64,000 bases of DNA from an uncultured delta proteobacterium (lineage in GTDB: Bacteria; Desulfobacterota; Binatia; UBA9968). The notes beneath the pieces are model-generated. The model saw only the letters and a program-made list of their open reading frames with translations, was not told the origin of the DNA and ran no database searches. Positions within the stretch are counted from its first letter, which is position 1. Every line of letters begins with the position of its first letter. The position numbers and the translations under genes are program-made. Location: positions 56,940 to 120,939 of the forward strand of contig CAVSLC010000006.1 of the NCBI GenBank assembly GCA_963728565.1. The letters are read 5' to 3'. This document shows, piece after piece, positions 58,148 to 64,000 of the stretch.

Positions 58148-59193
58148 TCACTCACCCATCCAGATCAACTCGACACGCCGGTTCTTCTGGCGGCCTTCCT
58201 CGGTGCTGTTGTCCGCGATCGGATAGTCCTCGCCATACCCCTTCGCGTACAGGGTATTCGTCACGCCGCGTTCCTTGAGGTAGTCGGCCACCGACTGTGA
58301 GCGCCGTTCGGACAGGGCCATGTTGTACTGACTCGATCCTTCGCTGCTGGCATGTCCCTGGACCTCGATGTCCTTCTTCTCATCAGGAAATGCGACCAGT
58401 TGATCGGCCACACCGTCCAGGATCGACTTCGCCGTCGCGGTCAGCTCGGCCGAGTCGTACTCGAAGTTGACCCCGTGCAGCTCGATGCGGATCAAGCAGC
58501 CGGTGTCGTCGACCTTGGCCCCCGTGAGCGTGCCCGGGCATTTATCCAGGCAGTCATTCACGCCGTCGCCGTCCGAGTCCCGGGTCGAGCAATCGTCCAC
58601 CGGCGCCGTGCCTCCGCGACCGGTTGCGGTTTCGGACCCAGGGGAACATAGATCCCCAGGTTCACGACCATCTCGTGCAACTGATTGGCGGGGGCAGTCT
58701 CGCTGTCGGCATTGTAGCGATAACGCACATCGGTCCGAAGCGATGTGCCGTGCTCGTCCAGCTCGTACTGAAGGCCGCCGCCGGCTTCACCGGTGAAGTG
58801 CAACTCGGCCCCGCGCCGATCGCTGTCGGTGTTCAGGCCCATGGCGCTGACGACCGCATAGGGCGATAGCTGGCCGCGCCACGGGAACACCAGGGCATCC
58901 ACACCCCCGCCATACTCATCCACGTCGCCGCTGCCGCCGACCCCGTCGCTCTGGAAGTTGTCATAGACCCCTTTCAGCTCGAGGTTCAGATACCGGTTGA
59001 TGATCTTACCGATCGCAAGCCCCCCGCCCCAGCCCTCGGAGACGTCGCGATCACCATCGGGTATGATGAAGGTCCCGAACGGCACCAGATAGAACCGGTT
59101 GTCCAGGAACTCCTCGTGCTCCGCACCGACCGCCGGGCCTGCCATCACTACCGCGAGCAGGCCGAAGGTCACTAGCCATTTGTTGCGCGCCAT
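58148..59193 (-). CDS. OmpA/OprF-family outer membrane protein (beta-barrel, Ca-binding DxDxDG repeat, OmpA_C domain), frameshift near 58605
   Basis: Signal peptide and barrel strands (LRTDVRYRY); DSDGDGVNDCLDKCP; VNFEYDSA, YN.ALSERR and NRRVEL. Confidence 0.85.
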
Positions 59194-59369
59194 GTGTGTC
59201 TCCTCTTTACGACATAAGACGATGTACTATACTACACACTAGAACCAGAACTTGATTCTTACAAATATAGGATAGCAAAACAACAGTTCCAGCGACAGTA
59301 TCGGCACCGGGCAGCGCCCTTGAGGCCTCCAAAACCCTCGATCAGAGTGCCTGGAACATCGCCTCCGGG

Positions 59370-62103
59370 CTAGCCGGTCCATCCCAGGCCCGCGGCGATG
59401 CAGTTGATCGAGAGCAGCAAGGGGACGAGCCCGCGCTGCCGGGCCTCCGCCGGTGCCTCGCGGAAGCGCCGGATCAACCGCACCTGCTCCCGACCGACCT
59501 GGTTGATGATGGTCAGGCGCCGCGCGAGGCGGCGCTGGAACCTCGGGAAGCGCGTGCAGAGCGCCGTCGCGCCGCTCAAACCGAGCACCCGCTCGACCGT
59601 GCGCCGGTATTCCTCCGCGACCATGCCGTAGATCTCGTCGCGTACGCTCGCGCTCGGCACCAGCGCGGCGTACTCGCGCGCGATGGCGAGGTCCACTTGC
59701 GCGAGGCACTTCTCGACCTCGTCGATGATGAGCCGGAAGAGCCGCGAGCGCTCGAACAGGCGTTTCAGCAACTGTTCGCCGGCCTCGCCCCGGACCTCGA
59801 TGAAGCGCGCGATCCCGCTGCCCACGCCATACCAGCCCGGTACCATGTGGCGGTTCTGGGTCCAGGCGAAGACCCAGGGGATGGCGCGCAAATCGGCCAG
59901 CGACTTGGCGCCGAAGCGCCGGGCCGGTCGCGATCCGATGTTCAGCAGGGCGAGCTCCTCGACCGGGCTCGCCGCCTGGTAGTACTCGACCAGCCCCGGA
60001 TGGTCGGCGAGGCGCCGATAGGCCGCATAGGCGGCGCCGGAGAGGGCCTCCATGGCCTCGTCCACCTCCGGGTCCGGCGCCAGCGCCGCCTCGGTCGTGG
60101 ACTTGAGCGAGTGTTCGAGGACGCTGGACGCGAACAGCTCCAGGTGATAGCGCGCGGTCCCGCGGTTCGCGTACTTGGCCGACACCACCTCCCCCTGCTC
60201 GGTGATCCGGCAGCGCCCCCCCACCGAGCCCGCGGGTTGGGCCGCGATCGCCCGCCCGGTCGGGACGCCGCCGCGGCTCACCGATCCGCCGCGGCCGTGG
60301 AAGAAGGCGATCGGGAGCCCGGCCTCCTCCCCCACCCGCGTGAGCCGCGCCTGGCAGAGGTGCAGCTCCCAGTTGGAGGTGAAGAAGCCGCCGTCCTTGT
60401 TGGAATCGGAATAGCCAATCATGACCTCCTGCACCCCGCCCTGCTCGCGCACCGAGCGGCGCACGACGGCCGTCGCCAGGAGCTCGCGCATGATCCCGGG
60501 GGCGCGCCGCAGGTCCTCGATGGTCTCGAAGAGCGGCACGACCGGCAAGGTGCAGGCCTCGATCCCCTGGGCATCGACGAACAGGCCGCCGTACTTCGCG
60601 AGCACATAGACCCCGAGCACGTCCGCGACCGACCGGGTCATGCTCAGGATGAAGCCACCGAAGGTGTCGCGGTCCACACCCGCACGCATCTCCGCCGCGA
60701 GACGAAAGGTCGCGAGCGTCGATTCCGCCTCGGCGTCCAGTCCCTGGAGCTCCGGCAGTGCGGGCAGGGGCCGCGCCAGCTCCGTTTGCAGCCAGTGACG
60801 CGACAGGGTGGAGCCCACGGCCGTCGATGGTGGCAGCGAAGCTCGATGGAGCGCCTCCAGGGTGCGATTGATGACCGTGGTATTCTCGCGCAGGTCCAGC
60901 CGCACGGTGCGGAAACGGAACGCCTCGACCTCGCGGCGCACGGGACGCACGAGCGCCCGCCCTAGCGCCCCGCAATCGGCGTCGGCCAGCCCTTGCTCCA
61001 GGGTCTTCAGATCATCGGCGAGGGCATCGGCGCTGCGATAAGCCCAGGCCTCGGGTGGGTTCCCAAGCGCGGCTTCGAGCTTTTCCAGCATCGAGAACGC
61101 GAACTGTCGAAACACCTCGCCGGGGTTGCGGCGGGCGATCGCCTCGCCGTCGGGGAGATCCGCCAGTTGCCCGGCCAGGCTCACCGCGAAGGACGCCGGC
61201 ACCGTGATGGCGTGCTCCGCGATGCTGAGTGAGCGGGCCAGGTCGAGCAGGCGGGCCCGGTAGCGCTTGAGGCTCGCCGCGCGGTTCCTGAGGACCGTGT
61301 CGCGCGTCACCGCATTGGTCACGAAGGGATTGCCGTCCCGATCGCCGCCGATCCAGGACCCGAACTGCAACAACGGGGGGAGGCGGAAGGCGTGACCGGG
61401 ATAGTGGGACTCGAGCGCGGTTTCGAGCTTGGCCATGACCTCGGGGACCTGTGCGAACAGGGCCTCCTCGAAGAAGTGGAGCCCCCAGGCGACCTCCTGC
61501 GCGACGGTGGGTTTTTCGAGCCTGAGCTCCCCGGTCAGCCATAAAAGCTCGATCTCGTTGCGCAGGGCATCGATACGCGCGCGGCGTTCCCTGGGTGTCC
61601 AGCGCGGCGTCTCCAGCTCCACCAGGCGCAGATAGATGCGCCGGTGGATCTCGAGGACCGTGACGCGCTTGGCCTCGGTGGGGTGCGCGGTCAGGACCGG
61701 CCGGATGCGGGCGTCTCGCAAGAGTGCCTGGATCGCCTCGGCCGGAACGCCCGCCCGCGCCGCCTCCCAAAGCACATGGGCGAAGGTGCCCGGGACCTCC
61801 TCCGGACCGCGCTCGGCCTCGGTGTGGCGCAAGCGCCGCATGGTCGCGTTCTGCTCGGCGAGGGCGATGAGCTGGAACCAGATCCCGAAGGCCTGGAGGC
61901 AACGGAGCAAGAGGTCCTCGCGCGCCGCCGGGATAGGCGCCTCGCCGCGCAAGATCGGGCTCGATCTCCGGCTGCCGGCGCCGCACGACAGCGCACAGAA
62001 GCCCGAACAAAATGTCGAGCACCTCGCGGGCATAGCGGACCGCCTCTCGCGATTCGGGGGTTTCCGGTACAGTATTCGTCATCCCGATCCTCGCTTCGCT
62101 CAT
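59370..62103 (-). CDS. ppc: Phosphoenolpyruvate carboxylase, frameshift near 61950
   Basis: VLTAHPTE, SWIGGDRDGNP, QEVMIGYSDSNKDGG, FHGRGGSVSRGG, LRAIPWVF and C-terminal IAAGLGWTG. Confidence 0.93.
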
Positions 62104-62330
62104 CCGGATGGCCCGGCGGGGCTGAAAAGCCCGCGGGTGGCACTATCTGTACCGAATCAAGCACTTGTGTGAAGACGATGAAAATGAAGTGTAACGCACA
62201 GGGCATAGGATTTCACCGTCTCGTCGGGCCGGGAGGCGGTGCCCGGCATGAATTCGCGGGTTCGCGACGATGACGCCCTGCTCGCCGAGGCAGGTGCGAT
62301 ACGTCATTACCTGGAGGAGTTGCGGACAGC

Positions 62331-63672
62331 ATGAACGATGCACCTTTTCGTCCGGCCCACCCGAGCTTCTGGGAGGCCTTCCAGTACTGGCTGAAGCTCG
62401 GCTGCATCAGCTTCGGCGGGCCGGCGGGCCAGATCGCCATCATGCACCAGGAGCTGGTGGAGAGGCGGCGCTGGATCTCCGAGCACCGCTTCCTGCACGC
62501 CCTGAACTACTGCATGTTGCTGCCCGGCCCCGAGGCGCAGCAACTCGCCATCTACATCGGCTGGTTATTACATCGGACCTGGGGCGGCATCGTGGCGGGG
62601 ACGCTGTTCGTCCTGCCCTCGCTCGTGATGCTCATCGTTCTGACCTATATCTATGTCACGTTCGGCGATGTCGTGTGGGTGCGAGGGGTGTTCTAGGGCA
62701 TCAAGCCGGCGGTCGTGGCCGTGGTCCTCTACGCCGCCTGGCGCATCGGCTCGCGCGCGCTCAGGAACAAGGTCCTGTGGGGCCTCGCGGCGGCCTCGTT
62801 CCTCGCCATCTTCGCCTTGGGCGTGCCCTTTCCTTATATCGTGCTGGCGGCGGGCATCCTGGGCTACACGGGCGGCCGCCTGGCCCCGGACAAGTTCGAG
62901 CCTGGGCGGGGGAGAGGGGGCATCGGACCAGGCTTACGGCCCGGCCCTTCTCGATGACGACCTTCCCCCTCTCCCGCACGCCAAGTTCCGACCGGCGCGT
63001 CTCGCGGCCCTGATCGGGTGGTTCCTGGCCCTGTGGGGCGTGGCCATGGTCCTCGTGCCGGCCGGTACCCTGCGCGATATGGGCGCGTTCTTCACCAAGG
63101 CGGCGCTCTTCACGTTCGGCGGCGCCTACGCGGTATTGCCCTATGTCTACCAGGGCGCGGTGGAGCACTACGGCTGGCTTACCGGCAGCCAGATGATCGA
63201 CGGCCTGGCGCTCGGCGAGACCACGCCCGGCCCGCTTATCATGGTGGTGGCCTTCGTGGGCTTCATCGGCGCCTCGACCCAGGAGGTCTTCGGCCCCAAT
63301 CTGCCGCTGCTCGCGGGTATCGCGGGGGCCGGTGTGGCCACCTTTTTCACCTTCCTGCCATCGTTCCTGTTCATCCTCTGCGGCGCCCCACTGGTCGAGG
63401 CGACCCACGGCGACCTCAAATTCACCGCGCCGCTCACCGCCATCACCGCCGCGGTGGTGGGGGTCGTGGTCAACCTGGCGGTATTCTTCGCCTGGCACGT
63501 CCTGTGGCCGGCCGGCACCGATGCCGCGCCGTTCACGGGCGGGTTCCAGTGGTTCGCGGCGGTGGTTTCGGTGACCGCCTTCGTGGCCCTGGTGAGGTTC
63601 AAGCGCGACGTCCTCGAGGTCATGGGCGCCTGCGCGGGACTCGGGCTCTGCTACACCTTCGCTGCCGGATGA
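62331..63672 (+). CDS. chrA: Chromate efflux transporter ChrA (long chain), interrupted by TAG 62694-62696 and a frameshift near 62920
   Basis: [55 protein letters not shown] and ITAAVVGV. Confidence 0.9.
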
Positions 63673-64000
63673 TCGACGGCTTCGGGCCCTCAAAGGCGCA
63701 ATCCATCCGGGCTTCCTGCCGTCTAACTTCCTCGAAAGGCACCGGAGGCTCGCGTCCGACGCATCCGGCCCTCGCCTGTCTGTGAGCTGAAGCCGCGACA
63801 GGCGCTCGAGCTCGGCCGGGATGGGCCAAAACGGGGCCTTAACCGCTACCGCGCGGGCTCTCATTCAGCGGCCGGCCCGTCTGACCCAACAGTACCTGTT
63901 GCAAAACAGCGTTGAACTTCCTATCCTTACTAGCGAACCTAGTCGCCCAAAAGCTCGATAATTCACCGACTCCGGCCTGATACCGCACCCTCGTTTGACA

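Noticed and set aside
59239-60975. Long alternative-frame and antisense ORFs (578 aa and 422 aa here; also 12779..13819, 16802..17722, 50757..51932 and 62761..63864)
   Set aside because: They overlap well-supported genes, have no recognisable motifs, and are expected shadows of GC-rich codon bias.
59370-62103. Functional link between the DAB pump and the bicarbonate-using PEP carboxylase
   Set aside because: They are about 48 kb apart and ppc lies beyond the compositional junction, probably in another genome.
62694-62696. In-frame TAG in chrA as possible pyrrolysine or amber recoding
   Set aside because: The context GVF*GIKPA matches the usual F-Y-G-(I/L)-K-P, so TAG is one base from TAC. 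The gene also has a frameshift and no pyl genes are visible.

Overview
The window has two compositionally distinct parts. Part A (about 1-56,300, moderate GC) looks like a heterotrophic soil or sediment bacterium; the many SsuA/THI5-type and TctC-type solute-binding protein (SBP) genes suggest a Binatota/deltaproteobacterium-like lineage (inference). It holds aromatic/acyl-CoA catabolic genes (class III CoA-transferases, hydroxycinnamoyl-CoA hydratase-lyase, acyl-CoA dehydrogenase, a Rieske oxygenase, LigA/LigB-like proteins, a dihydroxyphthalate-decarboxylase-like protein), a DAB inorganic-carbon pump operon (dabB-dabA-PII-like) behind a compact terminator-containing leader (riboswitch candidate), a UGA-recoded UGSC-motif selenoprotein with a SECIS-like hairpin and its partner gene, a broken STAND/NACHT NTPase with a C-terminal nuclease, F420-type oxidoreductases, 12 secreted SsuA/THI5-like SBPs and 2 TctC-like SBPs with no permease or ATPase, two signal-peptide-less SBP-fold paralogs, and several families of intergenic palindromic repeats. 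Part B (about 56,300-64,000, much higher GC) holds rhodanese, pstS-like, ompA-like, ppc and chrA genes and may come from another genome. Many genes carry isolated indels or stops typical of long-read error, so pseudogene calls are provisional. I found no rRNA, tRNA or CRISPR array. All family assignments come from motif recognition; no database searches were run.
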